A stretch of 32,000 nt of DNA from Trichodesmium erythraeum IMS101 (GTDB lineage: Bacteria > Cyanobacteriota > Cyanobacteriia > Cyanobacteriales > Microcoleaceae), in contig NC_008312.1 in assembly GCF_000014265.1 (NCBI RefSeq), forward strand, positions 2,370,001 to 2,402,000, in the 5' to 3' direction. Of this stretch, positions 9,260 through 18,847 are shown piece after piece; position 1 is the first letter of the stretch; every line of letters starts with the position of its first letter. Under the pieces are notes generated by a model. The model saw nothing but the letters and a program-made list of their open reading frames with translations. It made no database searches and was not told where the DNA came from. The position numbers and the translations under genes were made by a program.

Positions 9260-11265
9260 GTTCATTAGAAATGGAAGCTGATATAACACTAGATCAGGCA
9301 ACTTTACCATGGTATTTAGGAATTGATTTTGGTACTACTAGTATTTCCGCAGCGTTATTTAATAGGAAAAGTGGGGAAGTTTATCCTATTTATTGGGAGC
9401 TTGTAGATGTTAAACCAGAATTGAATATTCCTGAAATTAATCTAGAATTTACTGTCTCTACAAAAAAAGTTAAAACTGATTTTAGCTCGACTCAAAAAAT
9501 ATATAGGCTACCATCAATTGTTTATATAGCTCAACATCTGGAAATATCTGACAATGATCGAGAGGGAAATATAGAACAAAAATGTTTATTGTTACAAAGT
9601 TTTAAGCAGAGTTTAAAAGCTACTATTCCTTACGTTGTAGTTCAATTTAAAAAACAAAAATTACAGAATAAACTAGAAGAACCTTTTCAAATTTCTCCTA
9701 ATTTTTATGCTTCAACTGCTCATGAACCTGTTTTACAGTGGTCTGAAAAACACCAAGTTCCTCTTAGTTTAGTTAAGCAAGGGTTAGTAACTTTATTAGC
9801 TACCCTTCAACCTCAAGGTAATATCCAAAGTTCTATTTCTCTAATTGAGAAGGATACTCAAACAATAGTTATGACTAATGATTATGTTTGTGGTGCAGTG
9901 GGATTGAATTATGAAGCTTTTGTCTCAGCTTTAGCACAATTAAGGTCTGTAGTTATGGGTTATCCGGCAAGTTGGCCAGAAGCTTATCGCTTTAATCTTC
10001 GGGAAGCAGTTTTAGAAGCAGGTTTGGTGAAAAATGTTACTCAGATAGTTTTGATTGAGGATGCGATCGCTACAGGTTTATCAGAGTTCATTTCAGCAGA
10101 AAAAGATACGAACAATTTCACTACCTCAGGATACAGAAGGGGTGTAATTTTAATTGTGAATGTGGGGGCAACTACGACAGAATTCACTTTGATGAGTTTA
10201 CCAGAAAGTGGGCAAAATTTAACCTACTCTAATTTTCATTGTCATAGTTTTGCTTATGGGGGTCATGCTTTAGACCAAGATATTATTTGTCAATTGTTAT
10301 TACAAGATGACAATGTGGAGAGTTTAGGGAAGAGTCAAGAAAAATCTGGTCGGTTATGGCCACGTCCAGGTTATCCAGATTTGTCAATTAGGTATCAACT
10401 ACGGCAGTGGTTACAAACTTCGCCTTATAGGCAAGAATTATTAGTAACAGCTCATAATTTAAAGTTAATTCTGCCATGGGAAAAAGAGTTCACTGTAAAT
10501 ATAGGCGATCGCATAAAGTACTTACAAGAAACAGACTTGGAAAATAAGGTATTGGAACCTTTTGTTAAGCAATTAAATCAAGAGTTAAATAGTTTTTTAA
10601 TTAAGGTGGGAATATCTCCTGTGGGAATTAACCGGGCTGTTTGTACTGGAGGTGGTGGTTGTTGGGCGACGGTTGCTCGTTGGTTACGTCAAAAATTGCC
10701 TAACGCAATTATTGTACAAGATGTAAAAGCTGAGTCTAAAAATTTAGATTTAGGGCAAAAAAATCACCAGGGGGGGAATAATTATTTATCTCAGGCAGAA
10801 AATATTAAGTTAGCTATTGGTCGAGTTGCTTATGGTTTAGCTATCTTACCTCTCTATCCACAACTTCTAGATATACCTGAGCAACAATACAATGATTATT
10901 TTCTACTTTGGGAGATATTGGAAGTTTTCTCATATTATCCTTTATCTATGAAAGAAGTTTTTCAGTTATTAGAAAAACGCGGCATAAATACTCGTGTTTG
11001 CCAAGAAAAAGTTCAGGCTATTTTAGATGGGAAATTACCTCCTGGTTTAATCCCTTCTGAGGAAGATTTAATGCTATTAAGTGAAGTTTCTCGACAAAAT
11101 TTTTACTATCAAAGTTTAAAGGCAAATCCTCTTTTTGATCAAAAAATTGATAGTAGTAAATATGAGTTAAATTATGAACAAGCTGAATATGTAAGAGAAT
11201 ACTTAAATAAGATAGTAACCAGCAATAAGCAAAAGTTTAAGGAACCTTTTCTCAGGGGGCTTTAG
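9256..11265 (+). CDS. Divergent Hsp70/actin-fold ATPase-like protein (DnaK-like nucleotide-binding domain, unrelated C-terminal region)
   Basis: 669-aa ORF. WYLGIDFGTTSISAA resembles Hsp70 phosphate-1 (GIDLGTTNS). GYPASWPEAYRFNLREAVLEAGL resembles VPAYFNDxQRxATKDAGxIAGL. VILIVNVGATTTEFTL occupies the DLGGGTFD position. AVCTGGGGCW occupies the LVGG(S/M)TR position. An alternative start is the ATG at 9271. Confidence 0.75.
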   Translation: MSSLEMEADITLDQATLPWYLGIDFGTTSISAALFNRKSGEVYPIYWELVDVKPELNIPEINLEFTVSTKKVKTDFSSTQKIYRLPSIVYIAQHLEISDNDREGNIEQKCLLLQSFKQSLKATIPYVVVQFKKQKLQNKLEEPFQISPNFYASTAHEPVLQWSEKHQVPLSLVKQGLVTLLATLQPQGNIQSSISLIEKDTQTIVMTNDYVCGAVGLNYEAFVSALAQLRSVVMGYPASWPEAYRFNLREAVLEAGLVKNVTQIVLIEDAIATGLSEFISAEKDTNNFTTSGYRRGVILIVNVGATTTEFTLMSLPESGQNLTYSNFHCHSFAYGGHALDQDIICQLLLQDDNVESLGKSQEKSGRLWPRPGYPDLSIRYQLRQWLQTSPYRQELLVTAHNLKLILPWEKEFTVNIGDRIKYLQETDLENKVLEPFVKQLNQELNSFLIKVGISPVGINRAVCTGGGGCWATVARWLRQKLPNAIIVQDVKAESKNLDLGQKNHQGGNNYLSQAENIKLAIGRVAYGLAILPLYPQLLDIPEQQYNDYFLLWEILEVFSYYPLSMKEVFQLLEKRGINTRVCQEKVQAILDGKLPPGLIPSEEDLMLLSEVSRQNFYYQSLKANPLFDQKIDSSKYELNYEQAEYVREYLNKIVTSNKQKFKEPFLRGL

Positions 11266-11857
11266 TGAAACTTATTTTTTAAATTTAAATATAGCCTCAA
11301 CCCACTCTATGAGAGGTTAATAGGATTATATTTAATGTTAACCAACTCAAAAAATAGTAAAGACATCCCTGTAGGAAAAGCATCCATTGCTTCATAGGAC
11401 CTAAGTCGATCTTCAGTTTGATGCTGTAGAATTTGAGACTCTTGCCTAGATGTAAAATTGAATAATTTCACACCAGACAAAATCAAGCAATGAACTGGGA
11501 AGGGAATTTTGCAAATGTCATCATAGAAAAACTTCCCTAAGTTTTATAGCTTGTGGGATGGAGCGTGTGGAATTTTTGAAATAGATTTGCTCTTCATTAT
11601 CAGAAAAAGTATTGATCAAGAACAGCCACGAAACTCCTAAGTTGGTTATCTTTGTCTTGCTAGTTTTTTTAATACCATTTATTCTGTGGCTGCGCGCTGT
11701 ACTATTTTACTTGCTAGTGAGTACATTAACTCTAACTTATTTCAGCAGCAAAATAACGAGTCGACTAATTTGACCACATTCACAAAGAATAAATAACTAG
11801 GGTATTCAAAACCCTATAGATTAGTAAATTGTCAACTCAGTTATTCCTCCCTACTCC

Positions 11858-13471
11858 CTAACTAGTACAATTAGAACTATCAAAATCAAACTCATACCGA
11901 TATAATTTAGGCTTATTACTACTATCAAATGACTCCTTGCTTACAGCATCTAAAGCAGCGTTATCTAATATTGGAAAACCGCTTTCTATGAGCAACTTCG
12001 GTCCTTTACTAATACTACCATCTGGATCAACCAAAACCCCCACCAGAGCTTTACCTTCCAATTTTTGCTCACAAGCAGCTTCTGGATAAATATCAGGAAT
12101 AGCTTTCGCGTGAGTCGAAATTTCCTTACCTACTCCTAATTCTATTGCCCAATTCGCATAAGCAAGTGCAGCATCTACAGATGTTTCCCTTGACTGCGAC
12201 TCCTCATTAACGGTAGCATTTGTTAGCTTTTTTTGCCGTAGTTTTTGCAACAATGAACCCTTAAATTCTGGTTGCGGTTGTAGAAGTGGGGAAGCATCAG
12301 TAACCTTTTGTTGCTGTAGTTGTTCAAAATTGTTTGAGGGTAAATCTTTTTTAGGTTCTTCTGCTTTTTCTGGAGTTGGAGATGGTTTAGGAGTAAGAGC
12401 AACAGGTTCAGACTTTGGGGCTTTACTAAGTTTTGGGGTAGCAACAACCTTTTCTTTTTGTGTTTCCTGTACTATTTCTTTTATAGTCTTTCCTTCCCGT
12501 AATTGTGTAACTATTGGTGCTTCTCGCAATCTATTTTTTTTGGTCGGGTCTGGAGGTAAAGGTGTTTTTAGTGGTTGAACGTTATTGGTATCATCTTCTT
12601 CTTTATTATTCATTGCATTTTGATTTTTAACTTTATCTTGTTGATTTTTAACTTTATCTTGATAACGTTGTGGAGGCTTTTGTAAACCGTCTAAGTATGA
12701 TTTCTTAGTTGAGTTTTCACCTACAGAAGTTCCATTGACAGAAGTTCCATTTGTGGGATCTATTTCTAGAGTTGGACGACGAGATAAACCTGATTCATAA
12801 ACGTCGTCTGTCAACTTTAAATTTTGTCTAATTTGATATTCATTTATTTGATTTTGTTCTGGAATTTGTGGTGGTTTAGGTTTAGGTTGAAATGTCGGTA
12901 TAAGTGGAGGAATTGTATTAGGTGGTGTGGGTTGATATCTTGGAGCTATTGGTAATGGTGCTATACTTGGTATGGGTGAATTGTAGGAAAATTCTGATGG
13001 CAGTGAGTTTTTAGGCAGCCTAGAAACAGAAGGAGTCGAAACAGAGGGAAGAGGAGAGGATAAATTAGTAGGGTCTAGGGGTGGTAATTCTGGTAAGTTG
13101 TAGTCTGAGGGGTCTAATGGTATTGTTGGCAATTCTGAAGATGGAGGTTCGGCAACAAATGGTACTTCACTTGGAGTTGGTGGTGCAACAGGGGAAAAGT
13201 TCTCTGGTACGGGCATTTCAGAGAATGTAATTTCTGGTTCTTCTGGTTGGGGAAGACGCTCGAGTTGTTCTGGTGTTAATTCAACAAATCCTACTGTTGG
13301 TGGTAATTTAGCTTTCTTGGAGAATAGGGATAGTTTTGGTAAGTTAACCCCTAAAACAGTATGGATAATTACAGAAGTCAAGAGTGCTATCCATATTGGT
13401 TGACGGAGGCTGTTTATTACATAGGATTTTTCGATAGGCTGATCTAGCTCTAGGGAAGAAAAGTTGGACAT
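11858..13471 (-). CDS. TonB-like energy-transducer protein (N-terminal TM anchor, long Pro-rich spacer, TonB C-terminal domain)
   Basis: 537-aa ORF. It has an N-terminal TM helix (PIWIALLTSVIIHTVLGV) and a Pro-rich rigid linker (PVAPPTPSEVPF...PPLIPTFQPKPKPPQIPE). The C-terminus GKALVGVLVDPDGSISKGPKLLIESGFPILDNAALDAVSKESF fits the TonB_C pattern (G.v.v.f.vd.dG.v....v..SSG...LD.aAl.av....f). Confidence 0.75.
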   Translation of the reverse strand: MSNFSSLELDQPIEKSYVINSLRQPIWIALLTSVIIHTVLGVNLPKLSLFSKKAKLPPTVGFVELTPEQLERLPQPEEPEITFSEMPVPENFSPVAPPTPSEVPFVAEPPSSELPTIPLDPSDYNLPELPPLDPTNLSSPLPSVSTPSVSRLPKNSLPSEFSYNSPIPSIAPLPIAPRYQPTPPNTIPPLIPTFQPKPKPPQIPEQNQINEYQIRQNLKLTDDVYESGLSRRPTLEIDPTNGTSVNGTSVGENSTKKSYLDGLQKPPQRYQDKVKNQQDKVKNQNAMNNKEEDDTNNVQPLKTPLPPDPTKKNRLREAPIVTQLREGKTIKEIVQETQKEKVVATPKLSKAPKSEPVALTPKPSPTPEKAEEPKKDLPSNNFEQLQQQKVTDASPLLQPQPEFKGSLLQKLRQKKLTNATVNEESQSRETSVDAALAYANWAIELGVGKEISTHAKAIPDIYPEAACEQKLEGKALVGVLVDPDGSISKGPKLLIESGFPILDNAALDAVSKESFDSSNKPKLYRYEFDFDSSNCTS

Positions 13472-14110
13472 TTGTAGGAAACTCCTCTGTTGATAAATAA
13501 AATGGGTGTAGTTTAAGGTAAAAGCAATAATATCTTTATAAATAAGTTATGTTATTTTTGTGGTTAGAGATTGATTTTGACAACAGTTTTTAGGTGGCAA
13601 ACATAAAAAAATGATAACCTGTTCTAGGACTTGGTATACAACGCTCTAATTTTTATGGTCTATTAATCATGAAAAGCCTTGTCCACTCAAATTATTGATT
13701 ATGATGATATGAATAAGTATAGCACTACAAAAAATAGTTCAGACATTGATAATATTAAAATCCTTTACAGCTAGTTGTTTGTGAAGTATTCCAAAAGTAA
13801 AATACTTAAAATTATAATAGTTTATTTTGAGCAAATATGATATATTTACAAGACTTAGGTAAAATCTTAAATCCTACAGCGTCTTTAGGGGTGTTTCGTT
13901 TTCACAGCAGAGTATTGTTCTTCTGCATAAGTCCTGATTTATCTGAATAGGTAGGATAAAGATTTACGTTTTGACAAAAAATTTGGAAAAGAACCATACA
14001 GGCAAATTATTAACTGGTTTTGAGCACTTTGAATTTACATTGCTATTCTAGGAATAATTAAACCTACCGACTTACGAATATATGTAATAAATGTTTCTCT
14101 TATTGAACTT

Positions 14111-15001
14111 ATGACAAAATTTTATATTTGGAAAGGAAATCGTTGTACTTATGAATTATATCCGCAAAAAGAGGATGTTACTACTAGGGCATCTTTGCTA
14201 TTAATACATCCAGTTGGTGTTGGTTTATCTAAATATTTTTGGCATAGATTTTGTTCTCTATGGCAGTCAGAAAATTTACCAAATTCTATTTATAATCCAG
14301 ATTTATTAGGGTGTGGTGAAAGTTATATGCCATCAGTGGCATATTACCCTGTAGACTGGGCTGAACAATTACAATATTTTTTAGAGACAATTGTGCAAAA
14401 ACCAGTAATTTTAGTTGTGCAAGGTGCTTTATTTCCTGTTGCTATATCTCTAGTCAAACTACAACAAAAATCAAGTTTAATTTCTGGTTTAATTTTATCT
14501 GGACCCCCTCCACTTGAGTTGATGCAAAAGGCTGGTTCACCCATCCAAAAAAAATTAATATGGAATCTTTTTAATTCCCCAGTTGGTAATGCATTTTATG
14601 GTTATGCACGCAGGAGAAAATTTTTAGAATCTTTTTCAAAAAAACAACTATTTGCTAATGCAAATAAAGTTGATAAAGAATGGTTAGATACTTTAGAAAA
14701 AGGGGCAAAAAATCCCCAAAGTAAATATGCAGTTTTTTCTTTTTTAGCAGGTTTTTGGAGACAGGATTTTAGTCAGGCGATCTCTGAAATTAATCAGCCT
14801 ACTTTAGTATTAGTAGGGAGTCAAGCATCAACTATTAGTAAAACAGATACAATTGAAACTCCAGAACAAAGAATAAACACTTATTTAAAATATTTGCCTC
14901 AAGCAAAAGGTAATCAAATATCAGGGCGAAATGTCTTGCCTTATGAGTCAACGGCAGAATTTGTTAAAGCTGTCAGTGAGTTTTTATTAACAATTAATTA
15001 G
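14111..15001 (+). CDS. Alpha/beta-hydrolase-fold protein (apparently lacking the canonical nucleophile)
   Basis: 296-aa ORF. It has an oxyanion-region strand (LLLIHPVGVGLSKYFW), a beta5-elbow region (PVILVVQGALFPVAISL) and a late strand (PTLVLVGSQAS). The C-terminus GRNVLPYESTAEFVKAVSEFL parallels the usual GH.p..E.Pe.f....i..FL. Confidence 0.7.
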   Translation: MTKFYIWKGNRCTYELYPQKEDVTTRASLLLIHPVGVGLSKYFWHRFCSLWQSENLPNSIYNPDLLGCGESYMPSVAYYPVDWAEQLQYFLETIVQKPVILVVQGALFPVAISLVKLQQKSSLISGLILSGPPPLELMQKAGSPIQKKLIWNLFNSPVGNAFYGYARRRKFLESFSKKQLFANANKVDKEWLDTLEKGAKNPQSKYAVFSFLAGFWRQDFSQAISEINQPTLVLVGSQASTISKTDTIETPEQRINTYLKYLPQAKGNQISGRNVLPYESTAEFVKAVSEFLLTIN

Positions 15002-15182
15002 CTATCAGTTTTGAGTATTTCTCTACCAAGATGCTACCCATTCATTCTTCCCCAGGGTTTCATATTGGCGACAGCCGAAAACCTAAACAGCCAGACTCCG
15101 ATGGAGGAAATATGTTAACAGCTTTTAGCAGTTGTGGATGATACCTTTTTTTTTCAGGAAAATTATATAATTATGTATTAAG

Positions 15183-15292
15183 TTTGAAAAATTCAAAACT
15201 TTGACGTTTCCTGTAATTTCGGTAAATTATTTAACATTTAAAGTTGGCAAATATTTGTAACATATTTAAAGTTAATTGGGATTAAAAGTTTC
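15183..15292 (+). repeat. Dispersed repeat family, copy A (starts with the palindrome TTTGAA-AAA-TTCAAA)
   Basis: Sequence: tttgaaaaattcaaaactttgacgtttcctgtaatttcggtaaattatttaacat...gtaacatatttaaagttaattgggattaaaagttt. The first 22 nt are identical to copy B at 18848. It also shares the blocks gtaatttc, aaattattt, acatNtttaaa, aattgg and ataa(a)agttt. Confidence 0.7.
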
Positions 15293-15845
15293 TTCTACTA
15301 GATAATATTATTTCTCAAAAAATCTTTTATTTTTCACTTGAAGTATCCGAATGCGGATAGTTAGTGAGGTTAGATATAATTTCCCTACAATATTGATAAA
15401 ATCAATATGAACTTAGTATTAATTATGAAAAGAAATTGATTTTTGTGTTAATTACTTAAATTATAAAGTTTGAAAAAAAGTTAATATTAATCTATGATAA
15501 TTGGCATCAAAAAAAATGTTATAAGTATTGACTGCTTCTTTAAGGATTTCAAACCCAATAAATAAAGATCAAAATCTCAGAAAATTATAATTAGGTATCA
15601 AGTAAATTACTTAAATTACTATAGCAATATTCAATCATTTATAAAAAATTACTAGCATTTTGAAAAAAAAGCTCAAGATTATTTTTACTTTTTGTTTTTC
15701 TCTGCAGCCCACCAGTTTCAAAAATTAGATATAATTGCTATATGGTAAAAAATAATAGTAAAAATACTACAATAAACACCATAATTTTAATTTTCTATTA
15801 TCACTAAATTAATATAAAATCAGTAGTTATTTTTTTTTGAAAGTA

Positions 15846-16100
15846 TGATTTTAATATTTTCATGCCTATTGATTATCAGCATTTTTTAAAACCAGCAATA
15901 GAAAGTATCTCTATTCTTTCTTATTTATCTCAATTTTTTTCATGTGGGGGGGTAGTTGATTTTTTTTACCTGTAAAATTAAAAGAAATAAAGATATTCCT
16001 GTGATTTTTATGACTGCTTTTCAGAGACAAAGGTAAAATGAATAAGTGGGAATTAGGAGCATTAGATTACATTACTAAACCAATCAAAATAGATAAATAA
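15846..16100 (+). pseudogene. Decayed response-regulator receiver (REC/CheY-like) domain remnant with frameshifts and stops
   Basis: Frame 2 gives ..CKIKRNKDIPVIFMTAFQRQR* (15971..16036). Frame 0 gives ..RDKGKMNKWELGALDYITKPIKIDK* (16023..16100). Joined by one frameshift, these read like the canonical REC C-terminal half (..c..iK.....diPVIfmTA....dk.kg.elGA.DYItKPi). Upstream, YDFNIS..MPIDYQ (from 15846) looks like a degraded YDLILLDI.MP..DG. No intact ORF is present. Confidence 0.5.
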
Positions 16101-16190
16101 TATACTTAATTTATAATTTAAATTCCTATATAGTAAATAGTAAATCAGAAATAGGTAACTATTGATAACTAAATAAAATTAGTACTTACA

Positions 16191-16263
16191 TACCCAAACA
16201 AGAAACTTACAGAAGTCCTACCCAAACAAGAAACTTACAGAAGTATTACCCAAACAAGAAACT
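16191..16263. repeat. 28-bp tandem repeat, about 2.6 copies (TACCCAAACAAGAAACTTACAGAAGTNN)
   Basis: Copies start at 16191, 16219 and 16247; the third is truncated after ..aagaaact. It lies about 170 bp upstream of the P-type ATPase start codon. Confidence 0.85.
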
Positions 16264-16433
16264 GGGTTAATTACCCTAATTTTTAAAATCACGAAATATC
16301 CTTAAGCCAACTGGTTTCTGCCTAAGCCCTAAAAACCTTAAAAAAATAGGTTTAATAACTAAACAGTTATTACTTTTTTTCTATATTTTCTATATTAGAA
16401 TAAAAAAATTAAAAAATCATTGGAGAAAACTTT

Positions 16434-18755
16434 ATGCAAGTTACCCCTAAAAGAGAAACAACAATTCATAATTCCCTACCAGAAACCATTACCCTTGATG
16501 TCAGTGGTATGAAATGCGCCGGGTGTGTTAAAGCAGTAGAAAGGCAACTCAACCAACAAATAGGAGTTATCTCCGCTCGCGTGAACCTAGCAACCGAAGT
16601 AGCAACTGTTGAATGTGAAAAAGACCAGATCGACCCAAACATTCTCGCCCAAAAACTGACAGATAACGGTTTTCCAACTCAACCACGGCTTGATAACTCC
16701 AAAAACTACGCTGCTCAAAAACAAACCGAACGGCATCGCCAAGAAATAAAACAACAGATCTGGCGTATAGCGATCGCTTCTTTACTACTTATTTTGTCAA
16801 GCATCGGACATTTAGGCCACTTCATTGGTTCAGAAATTCCTATTCTGGGAAATATTTGGTTTCATGCAGTATTAGCTAGTCTAGCTCTATTAGTACCAGG
16901 GCGAGAAATTATTATTGATGGTGCTCGCAGTCTGTCACGCAACGCGCCAAACATGAACACTTTAGTTGGTTTAGGAGCAGTCACAGCTTATACTACTAGT
17001 ATCGTTGCCTTACTAGTTCCCGAGTTGGGATGGGAATGCTTTTTTGACGAACCTGTAATGATCCTTGGTTTCATCCTTTTAGGTAAAACCCTAGAACAAC
17101 AAGCTAGATATCGGGCAGCATCTACCCTACATTCATTAATTGCACTCCAACCAGCAACCGCACGTTTAGTTTCTGCACCCAAGTGCAACAATAATTCTTC
17201 TGAGCCTTTAGAAATTCCGGCCTCACAAGTCAAAGTGGGAGAATATTTACAAGTACTGCCTGGGGAAAAATTTCCTGTGGATGGGAAAATATGTGATGGC
17301 AAAACTACTGTAGATGAGTCTATGCTGACGGGGGAGTCTATACCTGTAGTTAAAGAATTTGGTAGTAATGTAGCGGCAGGAACTATTAATAAGTCTAGCA
17401 CTATAGTTATGCAGACAACTCACACAGGTTCGGAAACTACCTTAGCTCAAATTATCAAATTAGTCGAAACAGCCCAAACTAGAAAGGCACCAATTCAAAA
17501 TTTAGCCGATACTGTGGCAGGGTATTTTACTTATGGGGTAATGACTATTGCTGCTATAACGTTCCTATTTTGGTATTTTGTCGGTACTAATATTTGGTCT
17601 GAAGTTTTGCAGACATCTAGTCATCAAGGGATAATGACTTATTCCACTTCTCCACTACTTTTGAGTTTGAAATTGGCGATCGCTGTTTTAGTTATTGCTT
17701 GTCCTTGTGCCTTAGGTTTAGCAACACCCACCGCCATATTAGTAGGTTCGAGTGTGGGAGCTCAAAGAGGTTTGTTAATTAAAGGTGGGGATGTATTGGA
17801 AAAAGTGCATGAGTTAGATACTATCGTTTTTGACAAAACTGGAACCTTGACTACTGGGCATCCCACTGTCACAAATATTGTCGGAAATAACCCAGAATTA
17901 TTATTAAGGGTTGCTGCTACTGTGGAAAGTGGTACGAGTCATCCTTTGGCAGAAGCAATTTTACAAAAAGCACAGGAAGAGAATGTGGAGTTATTATCAG
18001 CAACTGATTTTTATACTGAGCCAGGTTTAGGAGCATCTGCTATTGTAGATGGCAAGCTTGCTTTAGTTGGAAATTTAGAATGGTTGAAAAACTATCAAAT
18101 TGTTGTAGAGCCAGAGAATGTTCCTACTTTAACCGATAAAACAGCAGTTTATGTTAGTTTTGATAGAGCATTACTTGGGCTTATAGAAGTTAGTGATACA
18201 TTACGGGATGATGCTTTGGTAACAGTCAAGAGTCTGCAAGATGTAGGTTTAAAAGTAATGTTGTTAACAGGCGATCGTGCCTGTGTTGCCAAAGTTATTG
18301 CTCAACAGTTAGGTTTAACTGCTGAGAATATGTTAGCAGAAGTGCCACCTGAAGGAAAGGCAGAGGCGATCGCTGCTTTACAGTCAAAAGGTGAGAAGGT
18401 GGGAATGGTAGGAGATGGTATTAATGATGCTCCTGCTTTAGCTCAAGCAAATGTGGGTATTGGAATGCAAACTGGTACAGATGTGGCAATGGAAACTGCT
18501 GATATTGTGTTGATGCAGAATAAGTTGATGGATGTGGTAGAGTCTATTAAGCTGAGTCGCGCTACTTTCAACAAAATTCGTCAAAATCTATTTTGGGCTT
18601 TTGCCTATAATATTGTTGGCATTCCTGTAGCGATGGGGGTATTGTTGCCTAGTTTGGGAATTATTCTTAATCCCTCTGCTGCAGGTGCTTTGATGGCTTT
18701 TAGCTCGGTGAGTGTTGTGACTAATTCTTTGTTATTACGCAATAGGAACTGTTAG
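16434..18755 (+). CDS. Copper(I)-translocating P1B-type ATPase (CtaA/PacS class) with one N-terminal HMA domain
   Basis: 773-aa ORF. Motifs present: HMA GMKCAGCV, TGES, transmembrane CPCALGLATP, phosphorylation site DKTGTLT, HP (SHPLAEAI), and hinge GDGINDAPALAQANVGIGM. Confidence 0.95.
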   Translation: MQVTPKRETTIHNSLPETITLDVSGMKCAGCVKAVERQLNQQIGVISARVNLATEVATVECEKDQIDPNILAQKLTDNGFPTQPRLDNSKNYAAQKQTERHRQEIKQQIWRIAIASLLLILSSIGHLGHFIGSEIPILGNIWFHAVLASLALLVPGREIIIDGARSLSRNAPNMNTLVGLGAVTAYTTSIVALLVPELGWECFFDEPVMILGFILLGKTLEQQARYRAASTLHSLIALQPATARLVSAPKCNNNSSEPLEIPASQVKVGEYLQVLPGEKFPVDGKICDGKTTVDESMLTGESIPVVKEFGSNVAAGTINKSSTIVMQTTHTGSETTLAQIIKLVETAQTRKAPIQNLADTVAGYFTYGVMTIAAITFLFWYFVGTNIWSEVLQTSSHQGIMTYSTSPLLLSLKLAIAVLVIACPCALGLATPTAILVGSSVGAQRGLLIKGGDVLEKVHELDTIVFDKTGTLTTGHPTVTNIVGNNPELLLRVAATVESGTSHPLAEAILQKAQEENVELLSATDFYTEPGLGASAIVDGKLALVGNLEWLKNYQIVVEPENVPTLTDKTAVYVSFDRALLGLIEVSDTLRDDALVTVKSLQDVGLKVMLLTGDRACVAKVIAQQLGLTAENMLAEVPPEGKAEAIAALQSKGEKVGMVGDGINDAPALAQANVGIGMQTGTDVAMETADIVLMQNKLMDVVESIKLSRATFNKIRQNLFWAFAYNIVGIPVAMGVLLPSLGIILNPSAAGALMAFSSVSVVTNSLLLRNRNC

Positions 18756-18847
18756 ATTTTTGTAGTAGTGTCTCTAGCTTGAGAATATAGGTAATAAGGT
18801 AATACCGTTTTACGAATGTCATACATGGATACATTGATGCATTAAGA

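Noticed and set aside
12223-12578. ORFs 12223..12447 (minus strand) and 12330..12578 (plus strand) inside the TonB-like gene
   Set aside because: These are alternative-frame or antisense artefacts of the Pro/Lys-rich linker coding sequence.
13472-13700. Fur-box-like A/T words (aatgataac, gataaataa) upstream of the TonB-like gene
   Set aside because: In DNA this AT-rich, partial matches to GATAATGATAATCATTATC are expected by chance, and no 19-bp palindrome is present.
14344-14544. Antisense ORF within the alpha/beta-hydrolase gene
   Set aside because: It is short, has no motifs, and lies fully inside a better-supported CDS.
15031-15153. Locally GC-richer patch with a 36-aa ORF (MLPIHSSPGFHIGDSRKPKQPDSDGGNMLTAFSSCG) followed by a T8 run
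   Set aside because: I recognise no motif and see no convincing hairpin before the T-run. It could be a gene relic or a 3' UTR of the hydrolase gene. It cannot be supported as a gene.
16988-17401. 137-aa antisense ORF within the P-type ATPase gene
   Set aside because: The ATPase frame carries every diagnostic motif. The antisense ORF is a by-product of the comparatively GC-rich coding sequence.
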